This document shows positions 1 to 8,939 of a DNA stretch of 64,000 nt, one piece after another. The DNA comes from an uncultured Chloroflexia bacterium (lineage in GTDB: Bacteria > Chloroflexota > Limnocylindria > Limnocylindrales > CSP1-4): contig CAVWLQ010000003.1 in the NCBI GenBank assembly GCA_963755995.1, positions 388,734-452,733 of the forward strand, read 5' to 3'. A program made the translations under genes and the position numbers. Numbering within the stretch: the stretch's first letter is position 1; the number at the start of each line of letters is the position of its first letter. The notes beneath the pieces are model-generated. The model saw only the letters and a program-made list of their open reading frames with translations. It ran no database searches and had not been told where the DNA came from.

Positions 1-377
1 CGCAGGCCGAACGCTGACCAGGTCTCGTCGACCGAGACCAGGGAGAGCCACATCAGGTCGCTGCCATCCAGCGGCTGCCAGCCCTTGTCGCGGGTGAGAT
101 CGGTCTGGATCTTCGAGCTGCCCTTCGGGTAGCAGATCCAGACCCGTCCATCCGCCTCGATGGCCGCGGTGACGGGCTTGACGATGTCGGCCAGCTCCGC
201 CGAGGTCCGGACGAAGACCTGGATCCAGTCGAACCGGCCGTCGAGTGTCGTGCCCAGGGCCAGCCCGTCGACCGTTGCGAGGCGTTCCACGTAGCCCGGC
301 GGCGCACCGACCACGGCGGCCCGCAAGCCCGGTCGCAGCTTGAGCTTCTTGGCCAATACCGCGGCGGCGGTCTCCAT
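1..377 (-). CDS. DUF3052-family protein (C-terminus runs off the left window edge)
   Basis: Absent from the ORF track because it has no in-window stop. Manual reverse translation from ATG at 377 gives METAAAVLAKKLKLRPGLRAAVVGAPPGYVERL...RVWICYPKGSSKIQTDLTRDKGWQPL...ETWSAFGL, which fits my recollection of DUF3052. Track ORF 53..388 is the wrong frame (Arg/Pro/Ser-rich). Confidence 0.6.
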   Translation of the reverse strand, partial: METAAAVLAKKLKLRPGLRAAVVGAPPGYVERLATVDGLALGTTLDGRFDWIQVFVRTSAELADIVKPVTAAIEADGRVWICYPKGSSKIQTDLTRDKGWQPLDGSDLMWLSLVSVDETWSAFGL

Positions 378-398
378 GACCGCATCATCCGTCGTCGG

Positions 399-1869
399 TC
401 AACGCCCGGCGAGCCCGCGCAGCAGGTCGTGCACCGGACCGGCGACGACGGCCAGGACGATGAAGGCCGCGATCGCCACGAGGTAGACGATCAGGATCAC
501 CGCCACGACCGCGAGCACGGCGATCAGGGCGATGAGCGGCGCGATGACCAGGACGCCGAGCCAGAGCGGGAACCGTCCCGCCCGTCGTCGTTCGGCGCCC
601 GACGCCGCCGAGTCCGGCCGCGTTGACGGCGCGCTCGACCCTCCCGTCGCGCCCATCGCCCGCAGACGGGCGAGGCGCTTGTCGACCGGAGGCGTGATCG
701 AGACCATCAGTCCCGAATCGGAGAGACGGGGCACGGCACCGGCGACCTTTCCACCGACGCTCCCGTCGTCCACCACGAGGAGGAGCTCCAGCCAGGCGGT
801 CCCACCAACGCCCCGTCCGCCCTCGCCGATCCTGGCCAGCGCCCGCGACAGGCCGTCCGGGTCGCGGGTCAGGTCCACCGCAGTCGCGTCGGCGAGGTAG
901 CCGCGCGGCCTCCACGCGAACGTCAAGAGTGGTCCGCTCAGGAACAGGTTGATGAAGGCGACACCCACGCCGATGATCCCGCCCATCGTCAGCAGAGACA
1001 GACAGCCGCCGGCGGCGTTGCTCGGGGTGTCGTCGTCCTCCGCCAGCAGGCCGAGCAGAGCAGCGATCCCGGTGGCGTCGGACCGCGGATCGCGGTGGCG
1101 TCCGACTAGTGGCCCCACCGCAGCCCGCCAGCGCGCCCGCGCCTTCCGGCTCACGATCGCGGCAAGGCTCGTCGTGACCAGGCCGAACGTGACGTAGACC
1201 GCCCCGATGTCGACCGCCAGACCGAGATCGCCGTCGACCGCCGAAGCGATGACCCTCGCGATGACGCCCTGCGTCTCCTCGCGATCGAGCTCGGCCAACA
1301 GGCGCGCGACTGACCACGACCGTGGCATGGTCGTGGTCACGACCGAAGACCAGGGCGTTGGGCGGACCATCGTCGTACAGGAGGACCAGCGGCGGCTCGA
1401 TGCCGGCCGCGACGGCCAGCTCGCCGACCACGTTCCCGAGCTGGACCTCCTCGGGGTCCGACGGATCCGCGGGTCGGGCCCCCATCCCGAGCGCGAGGCC
1501 GTCGCCCCCGATGTGTCGCAGTCGCCAGGCAACGACCACGTACAGGACCGCGAGGAGGACGACACCCGGGATGACCCAGAACGACAGGATCAGGACGATC
1601 GCAGCGATGGTGCCCGGGTCTCCGTCGATCAGCCGATCGAGCAGGGACCACACGGCCCCGCCGAGGTCGGCCGTGGGGACGATGAAGTTGACGAGGTCCG
1701 TGACGATGATCGCCGCGGCGACGAGGACCGGCGACAGGTAGACACCGACGGGAATGCCCATGGCGGCTGCCGCCATCACCGCCGGGATCGCCCGCAGGCG
1801 CGCGGCGCGTCGATGCCGTCGCTGGGCTCGGTCGAACTCCTCGCGATCGATGGTCGGGAACGACCCCAT
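399..1869 (-). pseudogene. M48 (HtpX-like) peptidase homologue, one apparent frameshift near 1301-1310, HExxH motif not conserved
   Basis: The N-terminal half ([12 protein letters not shown]..., four TM-like segments, ...[20 protein letters not shown]) lies in the frame of ORF 385..2133. The C-terminal half ([25 protein letters not shown]..., two more TM segments) lies in the frame of ORF 399..1565. The segment that aligns by eye with ..EGVLAHELSHI.. reads [11 protein letters not shown]. Confidence 0.55.
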
Positions 1870-1914
1870 CGGCACCCGGTCCCTCAGCGACGGTCCGGGC
1901 CGGACCGCGCTGGC

Positions 1915-1920
1915 TATGAT
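1915..1920 (+). promoter_or_regulatory. putative -10 hexamer (TATGAT) of a leaderless transcript
   Basis: A TANNNT hexamer sits 6 nt upstream of ATG 1927, with no SD between. The same geometry recurs at 11 other gene starts in this window. Confidence 0.45.
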
Positions 1921-1926
1921 GCGGCA

Positions 1927-2331
1927 ATGACCGACCGGCCGATCAAGGTCCTCATCGCAAAGCCCGGGCTCGACGGGCACGACCGTGGCGCCAAGGTCCT
2001 CGCCCGCGGCCTGCGCGATGAAGGCTTCGAGGTCGTGTACACGGGGCTTCGCCAGACGCCCGAGATGATCGCGACCGCGGCGCTCCAGGAGGACGTCGAC
2101 GTCGTCGGCCTGTCGATCCTGTCGGGTGCCCACATGACGCTCGTGCCACGGGTCACGAAGCTCCTGAACGAGCGCGGCATGGGCGACGTCCTGGTCACCG
2201 TCGGCGGGATCATCCCGGATGTCGACGTGGCCGCCTTGCGGGACGCCGGGGTGGCCGAGATCTTCGGCCCCGGCACGACGATCGCGCAGGTCGCGGACTA
2301 CCTGCGGGCGAACGCGCGACCGCGCGACTAG
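1927..2331 (+). CDS. B12-binding small subunit of an acyl-CoA mutase (methylmalonyl/isobutyryl-CoA mutase type)
   Basis: 134 aa: [40 protein letters not shown]...[11 protein letters not shown]. It has the DxHxxG cobalamin-binding signature and is the C-terminal in-frame part of ORF 1207..2331. Confidence 0.85.
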   Translation: MTDRPIKVLIAKPGLDGHDRGAKVLARGLRDEGFEVVYTGLRQTPEMIATAALQEDVDVVGLSILSGAHMTLVPRVTKLLNERGMGDVLVTVGGIIPDVDVAALRDAGVAEIFGPGTTIAQVADYLRANARPRD

Positions 2332-2333
2332 CG

Positions 2334-3326
2334 GTGGTCGCCGACGCCGAGGGCCGGGCGGCCGCGCTGTCCGACGCCGCGCTCGACGGGGACCGGCTGG
2401 CGCTGGCGCGTTTGCTGACCGCGGTCGAGAACGGCTCGTCGGTCGCGGAGGTCGCTCTGCGCCGCCTGTACCCTGTCGCCGGCCGGGCCCACCTGGTCGG
2501 GATCACGGGCCCGCCCGGGTCGGGCAAGTCGACCCTCGTCGCGGCGCTCATCGCGGAGGTCCGCTCGGCCGGCCGGACGGTGGCGGTCATCGCGGTCGAT
2601 CCATCGAGCCCGATCACCGGCGGGGCGCTGCTCGGCGACCGCGTCCGGATGCAGGCGTACGCCTCGGACGACGGCGTCTTCATCCGGTCGATGGCCTCGC
2701 GCGGTCACGCCGGTGGCCTCGCCCCGACCTCGACCGCGGCCGCGGCGGTGCTGGACGCGGCCGGCTTCGACCTGATCCTCGTCGAGACCGTCGGGACGGG
2801 CCAGAGCGAGGTCGAGGTGGCGGCCATGGCCGATACCACGGTCGTCCTCGAGGCGCCCGAGATGGGCGACGAGGTCCAGGCGATCAAGGCCGGGCTCCTC
2901 GAGGTGGCCGACCTGGTCGTCGTCAACAAGGGTGACAAGCCGGGGGCCCAGCGGACGGCGGCGCAGCTCCGGGCGATGCTCGTCGCATCGGCGCCGCGCG
3001 CCCACCCGGACGACGGCCACGTCCGGCCACGCCCGAAGCGGCCAGACGTCCTGATCACGACCGCGGCGACCGGCGCGGGCGTCCCGGAGCTGCTCGTCGC
3101 GCTCGATCGCCATCGTGCGGCCGGCCGGACCGAACCCTCGTCCGCCGCGCGGCTCGCCCGCGCCGAGAGCCAGGTCTTCGCCATCGTGGGACAGCGCGTC
3201 CGGGCACGGCTCGGCGGCACGTCGCACGCGGCAAGGACCGAGGCGCTCATCGCCGAGGTCGCCGCCCACCGCCTCGATCCGTACACCGCCGCGGACCGCC
3301 TCCTCGACGAGGCCGATCGCTCGTAG
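2334..3326 (+). CDS. meaB: MeaB/ArgK-type G-protein chaperone of B12 mutases
   Basis: P-loop GITGPPGSGKSTL. Also IAVDPSSPITGGALLGDRVRM, ILVETVGTGQSE and VVNKGD, which are the typical MeaB motifs. It starts 3 nt after the mutase subunit. Confidence 0.9.
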   Translation: MVADAEGRAAALSDAALDGDRLALARLLTAVENGSSVAEVALRRLYPVAGRAHLVGITGPPGSGKSTLVAALIAEVRSAGRTVAVIAVDPSSPITGGALLGDRVRMQAYASDDGVFIRSMASRGHAGGLAPTSTAAAAVLDAAGFDLILVETVGTGQSEVEVAAMADTTVVLEAPEMGDEVQAIKAGLLEVADLVVVNKGDKPGAQRTAAQLRAMLVASAPRAHPDDGHVRPRPKRPDVLITTAATGAGVPELLVALDRHRAAGRTEPSSAARLARAESQVFAIVGQRVRARLGGTSHAARTEALIAEVAAHRLDPYTAADRLLDEADRS

Positions 3327-3376
3327 GGGCATCCGGCGCTGACCGCCGGCGGTCGCCTCGACAGCGGCCGGCCGCG

Positions 3377-3382
3377 TACCAT
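3377..3382 (+). promoter_or_regulatory. putative -10 hexamer (TACCAT), leaderless start
   Basis: TANNNT 7 nt upstream of ATG 3390. Confidence 0.35.
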
Positions 3383-3389
3383 CGACGGC

Positions 3390-4286
3390 ATGGCGCATCC
3401 CATCGGACGGGTCTTCGTGGCGGGTGCCGGGTTGATGGGCCACGGCATCGCCCAGGTCCACGCGGCGATCGGCAAGTCGGTCGTCCTGTACGAGCCGGAG
3501 CTCGCCCGCGCACAGGCGGGTCGCGACCGGATCGCGGCCAACCTGGACCGCGCCGTCGCCAAGGGCCGCCTCTCAGCGACCGACCGCGACGCCACGCTCG
3601 CCCGCATCGAGCCGTCCGACAACGTCGTCCACGTCGCCGACGCCGACCTTGTCATCGAGGCCGTGTTCGAGGACGTCAAGGTCAAGTCGACGCTGTGGCA
3701 CGAGCTCGACGTGGTTGCGCCCACATCGGCCATCTTCGCGACGAACACCTCGTCGATCGCGATCCACCGCCTGGCCGAGGCCGTGACGCGCGAGCGTCGC
3801 GCGCAGTTCGTGGGCATGCACTTCTTCAGCCCGGTGCCGGTCATGCCGCTGATCGAGCTGATCCGCGGCCGTGACACCTCGGACGAGACCGTGACGGTCC
3901 TGAACGACCTGTCGGCTGAGCTCGGCAAGCAGGTCATCGTGTCCGCCGACCGTCCGGGTTTCATCGTGAACCGCATCCTGATGCCGTTCCTCGGCGAGGC
4001 GATGCGCGCCTACCAGGAGGGCCTGGGCACCGCCGACGACATCGACACCGGCGCCCGGATCGGGCTGAACCATCCGATGGGACCCCTGGAGCTGGCGGAC
4101 TTCATCGGGCTCGACGTCTGTCTCGGGATCATGCGGGTGCTCGACGACGGGCTCGGCGGCGACCACTTCCGCCCGCCCCAGGTCCTCGTCGACCTCGTCG
4201 CGGCGGGCAAGCTCGGGCAGAAGACGGGCGAGGGGTTCCACACCTACCCGAGGCCGGAACGGCCCGCCGGGCCGGCCGCGGGATGA
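3390..4286 (+). CDS. 3-hydroxybutyryl-CoA dehydrogenase
   Basis: Rossmann motif VFVAGAGLMGHGIA, plus FFSPVPVMPLIELIRG and PGFIVNRILMP, typical of the 3HCDH family. Confidence 0.9.
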   Translation: MAHPIGRVFVAGAGLMGHGIAQVHAAIGKSVVLYEPELARAQAGRDRIAANLDRAVAKGRLSATDRDATLARIEPSDNVVHVADADLVIEAVFEDVKVKSTLWHELDVVAPTSAIFATNTSSIAIHRLAEAVTRERRAQFVGMHFFSPVPVMPLIELIRGRDTSDETVTVLNDLSAELGKQVIVSADRPGFIVNRILMPFLGEAMRAYQEGLGTADDIDTGARIGLNHPMGPLELADFIGLDVCLGIMRVLDDGLGGDHFRPPQVLVDLVAAGKLGQKTGEGFHTYPRPERPAGPAAG

Positions 4287-5449
4287 GCGGCGGCCTGACC
4301 GAGGAGGAGCGGCTCCTGCAGGCGACGGCCCGCGAGTTCGCGACCCGCGAGCTGGCACCGACAGCCGTCGAGCGCGACGAGGCCGAGCGATACGACCGAT
4401 CCCTGTTCGCGAAGATGGGCGAGCTCGGGCTGACCGCCGCGCCGCTGCCGGAAGCGGCCGGTGGCGCCGGCTTCTCGTACCTCGGGTGGACGCTGGTCAT
4501 GGAAGAGCTCGGGGCGGCCGACATGGCGACCGCGGTGTCGCTGTCGGTCCACATCCTGTCGCAGTACCCGGTCGTCACCTGGGGGACGCCCGAGCAGCAC
4601 GCTCGCTGGCTGCCACCGATGCTGGCCGGCGAAGCGCTCGGCGCGTTCGCGCTGACCGAGCCCCACGCAGGGAGCGATGCCGCCGCGATCCGGACCCGGG
4701 CCGAGGCGGTCGGGCCGGCCGACGCGCCGACGGGATATCGCCTGAGCGGGACCAAGATCTGGATATCGAATGCGCCCGAGGCGGATCGCTACCTCGTCTT
4801 CGCGACGCTCGATCCGGCCGCCGGCGCCACGGCCATCACGGCATTCCTCGTCGAGAAGGGGACGCCCGGCTTTCGGTTCGGGGCGCACGAGAAGAAGATG
4901 GGGATCCGTGCGTGTCCGGCCGCGGAGCTCGTGTTCGACGGTGCCGAGGTGCCGGTCGCGAACCGGCTCGGCGGGGAAGGGGAGGGCTACAAGATCGCGC
5001 TGTCTGCGCTCGGCGAGGGTCGGATCTCGATCGCCGCGGCGTGCGTCGGCATCGCCCGGGCCGGGTTGGAGGCATCCGCGCGCTATCTCCAGCAGCGGCG
5101 GGCGTTCGGCGCGCCGTTGGCCGAGCAGCAGGGCATTCGGTTCATGCTCGCGGAGATGGCGCGGGACGTCGGCGCGGCTCGCGCGGTGGTCCGGGTGGCG
5201 GCGGCGGCCAAGGACCGGGGCGAGCCGCTGGCGGAGGTCTCGTCGATCGCCAAATGGACCGCCTCGGATGCCGCGATGCGTGTCGCGACGGACGCGGTCC
5301 AGCTGTTCGGGGCCAGTGGCTATTCGCGCGAGACCGGGGTGGAGCGGCTGATGCGCGACGCCAAGGGCGCCCAGATCTACGAGGGCACCAACCAGATCCA
5401 TCGCCTGATCGTCGCGGACGAGCTGCTCAAGACGCTCGGGCCCGGCTAG
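4283..5449 (+). CDS. acyl-CoA dehydrogenase (short/butyryl-CoA type)
   Basis: FALTEPHAGSDAAAIRT, KIWISNA and QIYEGTNQIHRLIVA. ATGA overlap with the upstream gene. Confidence 0.9.
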   Translation: MSGGLTEEERLLQATAREFATRELAPTAVERDEAERYDRSLFAKMGELGLTAAPLPEAAGGAGFSYLGWTLVMEELGAADMATAVSLSVHILSQYPVVTWGTPEQHARWLPPMLAGEALGAFALTEPHAGSDAAAIRTRAEAVGPADAPTGYRLSGTKIWISNAPEADRYLVFATLDPAAGATAITAFLVEKGTPGFRFGAHEKKMGIRACPAAELVFDGAEVPVANRLGGEGEGYKIALSALGEGRISIAAACVGIARAGLEASARYLQQRRAFGAPLAEQQGIRFMLAEMARDVGAARAVVRVAAAAKDRGEPLAEVSSIAKWTASDAAMRVATDAVQLFGASGYSRETGVERLMRDAKGAQIYEGTNQIHRLIVADELLKTLGPG

Positions 5450-5457
5450 GACGTCGT

Positions 5458-5748
5458 GTGACCGGCGAACGGACATATCCATGCCTGCCCTGTGCCGACG
5501 TTGACGCGTCGACCGCGTTCTACGAAACGCTCGGATTCGAGCGGACGTATCGGCAGGTCCGCCCGAACCCCTACGCGGTCGTGGCTCGTGGGGACATTCA
5601 CATCCACCTCTTCGGCATCGATGGATTCGATCCGGCCGACTCGTCCGGCGGATCGCTGGCTGCCGTGTCCGCGATCGTCCTCTCCGAGACCGATGCAGCC
5701 GAGATCGCGGATGAGCTCGCACACGTGACCGAGCAGGTCCTCGGCTAG
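5458..5748 (+). CDS. small VOC/glyoxalase-fold protein (about 96 aa, possibly truncated)
   Basis: In-frame GTG within ORF 4486..5748: VTGERTYPCLPCADVDASTAFYETLGFERTY...DIHIHLF. Single beta-alpha-beta-beta-beta module only. Confidence 0.4.
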   Translation: MTGERTYPCLPCADVDASTAFYETLGFERTYRQVRPNPYAVVARGDIHIHLFGIDGFDPADSSGGSLAAVSAIVLSETDAAEIADELAHVTEQVLG

Positions 5749-5751
5749 AAT
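5746..5751 (+). promoter_or_regulatory. putative -10 hexamer (TAGAAT), leaderless start
   Basis: TANNNT 6 nt upstream of ATG 5758. It overlaps the stop codon of the preceding ORF. Confidence 0.4.
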
Positions 5752-5757
5752 CCGGGC

Positions 5758-6996
5758 ATGGCCGCCCACCAGCAACCCAACGGACAGGTCTTCATCGTCA
5801 GCGCGGCGCGCACGCCGATCGGCAAGTTCGGTGGCGCCCTGAGCACGGTTCCGGCGACCGAGCTGGGTGGCGTGGCCATCCGGGCCGCCGTTGAGCGGGC
5901 CGGGCTGGATCCCGCGACCGCACGGATCGACGAGGTCCTGATGGGCCAGGTCCTGCAGGCGGGTGTGGGCCAGGCGCCTGCACGACAGGCGCTGCTCAAG
6001 GCCGGCCTCCCGAACGGCACCTCGGCGACGACGATCAATCGCGTCTGCGGGTCCGGGCTCAAGTCGATCATGCTCGCCGCCGCAGAGATCCGGGCGGGCG
6101 ATGCCGAGATCGTCGTGGCGGGGGGTATGGAATCGATGAACCAGGCGCCCTACCTCGTCCCCGGGGCGCGGTTCGGCCTGCGTCTGGGCAACGGCGAGCT
6201 GATCGATGCCACCGTCCACGATGGCCTGTGGTGCGCGATCGAGGATTGCCACATGGGCACCCATGCCGAGCGCGTCGCGATCAGCGACGACGTGAGCCGC
6301 GCCGACCAGGACGCCTTCGCGCTGACGTCGCACCAGCGGGCGATCGCGGCGATCGACGCGGGCCGGTTCGATGCCGAGATGGCGCCGGTGGCGGTGCGCG
6401 ACGCGAAGGGCCGCGAGACGATCGTGGAGGTGGACGAGGGACCGCGCCGCGACTCGACCATCGAGGCCCTGTCTCGACTCAAGCCCGCGTTCGCCCTGCC
6501 GGAGGGCGAGGATCGCGGCTCGGCCACGGTCGGGACGGTCACGGCCGGCAACGCCCCGGGCATCACGGACGGTGCCGCGGCAACGGTCGTCGCCAGCGAG
6601 CGCGAGGTCGAACGGCTCGGCTTGACGCCCCTGGCCCGGATCGTCGGGTACGCACAGGCCGAGGTCGAGCCCAAGTGGCTGTTCCTCGCCCCGATCGAGG
6701 GCGTTCGGCGGCTGCTCGACCGGATCGAGCTGCCGATCGAGGCGTTCGACCTGGTCGAGATCAACGAGGCGTTCGCCGCCCAGACCCTGGCCGACGGCCG
6801 GGCGCTCGGCTTCGACTGGGACAAGGTGAACGTCAATGGGGGCGCGATCGCGCTCGGCCACCCGATCGGGGCGAGCGGGGCCCGGATCGTGGCGACGCTC
6901 CTCCACGAGCTCCAGCGCCGGAACGGCCGTTACGGCCTCGCGACGCTGTGCCTGGGCGGCGGCGGCTCGGTCGCGGCCGCGTTCGAGCGCGTCTGA
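5758..6996 (+). CDS. acetyl-CoA acetyltransferase (thiolase II)
   Basis: NRVCGSGLKSI (active-site Cys), NVNGGAIALGHPIGASGAR and CLGGGGSVA. Confidence 0.92.
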   Translation: MAAHQQPNGQVFIVSAARTPIGKFGGALSTVPATELGGVAIRAAVERAGLDPATARIDEVLMGQVLQAGVGQAPARQALLKAGLPNGTSATTINRVCGSGLKSIMLAAAEIRAGDAEIVVAGGMESMNQAPYLVPGARFGLRLGNGELIDATVHDGLWCAIEDCHMGTHAERVAISDDVSRADQDAFALTSHQRAIAAIDAGRFDAEMAPVAVRDAKGRETIVEVDEGPRRDSTIEALSRLKPAFALPEGEDRGSATVGTVTAGNAPGITDGAAATVVASEREVERLGLTPLARIVGYAQAEVEPKWLFLAPIEGVRRLLDRIELPIEAFDLVEINEAFAAQTLADGRALGFDWDKVNVNGGAIALGHPIGASGARIVATLLHELQRRNGRYGLATLCLGGGGSVAAAFERV

Positions 6997-7012
6997 TCCA
7001 CCCTCACGGGTC

Positions 7013-7018
7013 TACGAT
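7013..7018 (+). promoter_or_regulatory. putative -10 hexamer (TACGAT), leaderless start
   Basis: TANNNT 6 nt upstream of ATG 7025. Confidence 0.4.
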
Positions 7019-7024
7019 GCGTCC

Positions 7025-8536
7025 ATGACCGAGACAGCCGTCGAGACGCCCACCTTCCGCCACTTCATCGCCGGGGAGTGGGTCGAATCGGCGTCCGGGG
7101 CGACCTTCGAGAGCCGTAACCCGGCCGACACCCGCGACGTCGTCGGGCGCTTCCAGCAGGGGACCGCGGCGGACGTGGCGATGGCCATCAAGGCGGCCGA
7201 GACCGCCTACCCGATGTGGCGCCGCACGCCGGCCCCGAAGCGCGGCGAGATCCTCTACGCGTTCGGAGCGCTGATGGCGCAGCACAAGGAACGGCTCGCC
7301 CGTGCGATGACCCGCGAGATGGGCAAGGTCATCGCGGAGGCGCGGGGCGATGTCCAGGAAGGCATCGACATCGCCTACCTGATGGCCGGCGAGGGGCGGC
7401 GGATGGTCGGTGACACGGTCCCGTCCGAGCTCCCCGACAAGTGGGCGATGAGCATCCGCCAGCCGCTCGGCGTGGCCGGGATCATCACGCCCTGGAACTT
7501 CCCGATGGCGATCCCGTGCTGGAAGATGATGCCCGCGCTGGTGACCGGCAACACGGTCGTGTTCAAGCCGTCGTCGCGACACGCCCCATTGCGCGACGCT
7601 GCTCGTGGAGCTGATGGCCGAGGCCGGGTTCCCGCCCGGGGTCGTCAACCTCGTGACCGGCTCCGGCGCGGAGGTCGGGGACGCGATCGTCGACAGCCCG
7701 GACGTGTCGGTCATCTCGTTCACCGGGTCATCCGTGACCGGCAAGCACATCGCCGTCCACGCCGGCCGCCGCCTCAAGCGCGTCTCGCTCGAGCTCGGCG
7801 GCAAGAACGGTGTCGTGGTCCTCGGCGACGCTGACCTCGACCTGGCCACGGACGGGATCCTGTGGTCGGCGTTCGGCACGACGGGCCAGCGCTGCACTGC
7901 GGCCTCGCGCGTGATCGTCGAGCGGTCCGTCGTCGAGCCGCTGCTCGAGCGCCTCGAGACGCGCACGCGCAAGCTTCGCCTCGGCTCCGGGCTCGATGCG
8001 GCGGTGGACGTCGGCCCGCTCATCAACGCCGGCGCCGCCGACAAGGTGGCGTCCTACGTCGACATCGGGCGCGGCGAGGGCGAGCTCGTCCTCGGTGGCG
8101 GCCGGGCGACGGGCGACGGGTCTGGCCGACGGCCACTTCTTCGAGCCGACGATCTTCGCCGGGGTCGGCGCCGATGGACCGGATCGGGCAGGAGGAGATC
8201 TTCGGACCGGTCCTGTCGGTCATCCCCGTCGACGACTACGGGGCGGCGATGCTGGCCCTGAACCAGACCCGCTACGGTCTCTCGTCGAGCATCTTCACCC
8301 GCGACGTGAATACGGCCTTCCGGGCGATGCGCGACTTCGAGACCGGCATCGTCTACATCAACGCGGGCACGACCGGCGCGGAGGTCCACCTCCCGTTCGG
8401 TGGCTGGAAGGAGACCGGCAACGGCCACCGCGAGGCGGGCCACGTCGCCCTCGACACGTACACCGAATGGAAGTCGATCTACGTCGACTTCTCGGGCCGC
8501 CTCCAGCGCGCCCAGATCGACAACCAGCCGGGCTGA
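7025..8536 (+). pseudogene. NAD(P)-dependent aldehyde dehydrogenase with three apparent +1 frameshifts (about 7576, 8125, 8170)
   Basis: The protein is recovered only by joining four frames: ...[31 protein letters not shown] / ...[20 protein letters not shown]...ELGGKN...GQRCTA / [15 protein letters not shown] / [19 protein letters not shown]...[11 protein letters not shown]. The segments come from ORFs 6836.., 7605.., 7996.. and 7862... Confidence 0.8.
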
Positions 8537-8552
8537 CCGGTCTGATCGGGCG

Positions 8553-8939
8553 ATGCCCACCTTCGACGACGTGCGCGCGATCGCGATGGCGCTGCCCGAG
8601 GCCGAGGAGGTCCTGACCTGGGAGACGGATATCACGTTCCGCGTCCGCAAGAAGATCTTCGCGATCGGCGGGGAGGGGAGCGAGTCGGTCTCGATCAAGG
8701 CGACCCCGGCCACGCAGTCCGACCTGATCGACCAGGCGCCCGAGACCTTCCATCCGTCCGCCTACGTCGGGCGCTTCGGCTGGGTCACGGCCGACCTCGG
8801 CCGGATCGACGATGGCCTCTTGCGGACGCTTCTGACCGATGCCTGGCGGCTGACCGCGCCGAAGCGCCTCGCGGCGACCTACGCGTCCGACGAGACGGCG
8901 GGGACGGCCGCCGGCTCGACCGCGGTCGAGGCGAGCTGA
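8553..8939 (+). CDS. MmcQ/YjbR-family protein
   Basis: MPTFDDVRAIAMALPEAEEVLTWETDITFRVRKKIFAI...GRFGWVTADL, a typical YjbR-like pattern. In-frame ATG inside ORF 8400..8939. Confidence 0.7.
   Translation: MPTFDDVRAIAMALPEAEEVLTWETDITFRVRKKIFAIGGEGSESVSIKATPATQSDLIDQAPETFHPSAYVGRFGWVTADLGRIDDGLLRTLLTDAWRLTAPKRLAATYASDETAGTAAGSTAVEAS

Noticed and set aside
1870-1926. A cobalamin riboswitch upstream of the B12-dependent mutase/MeaB operon.
   Set aside because: The divergent intergenic region is only 57 nt. It contains a leaderless-type -10 box and leaves no room for a roughly 200-nt aptamer.
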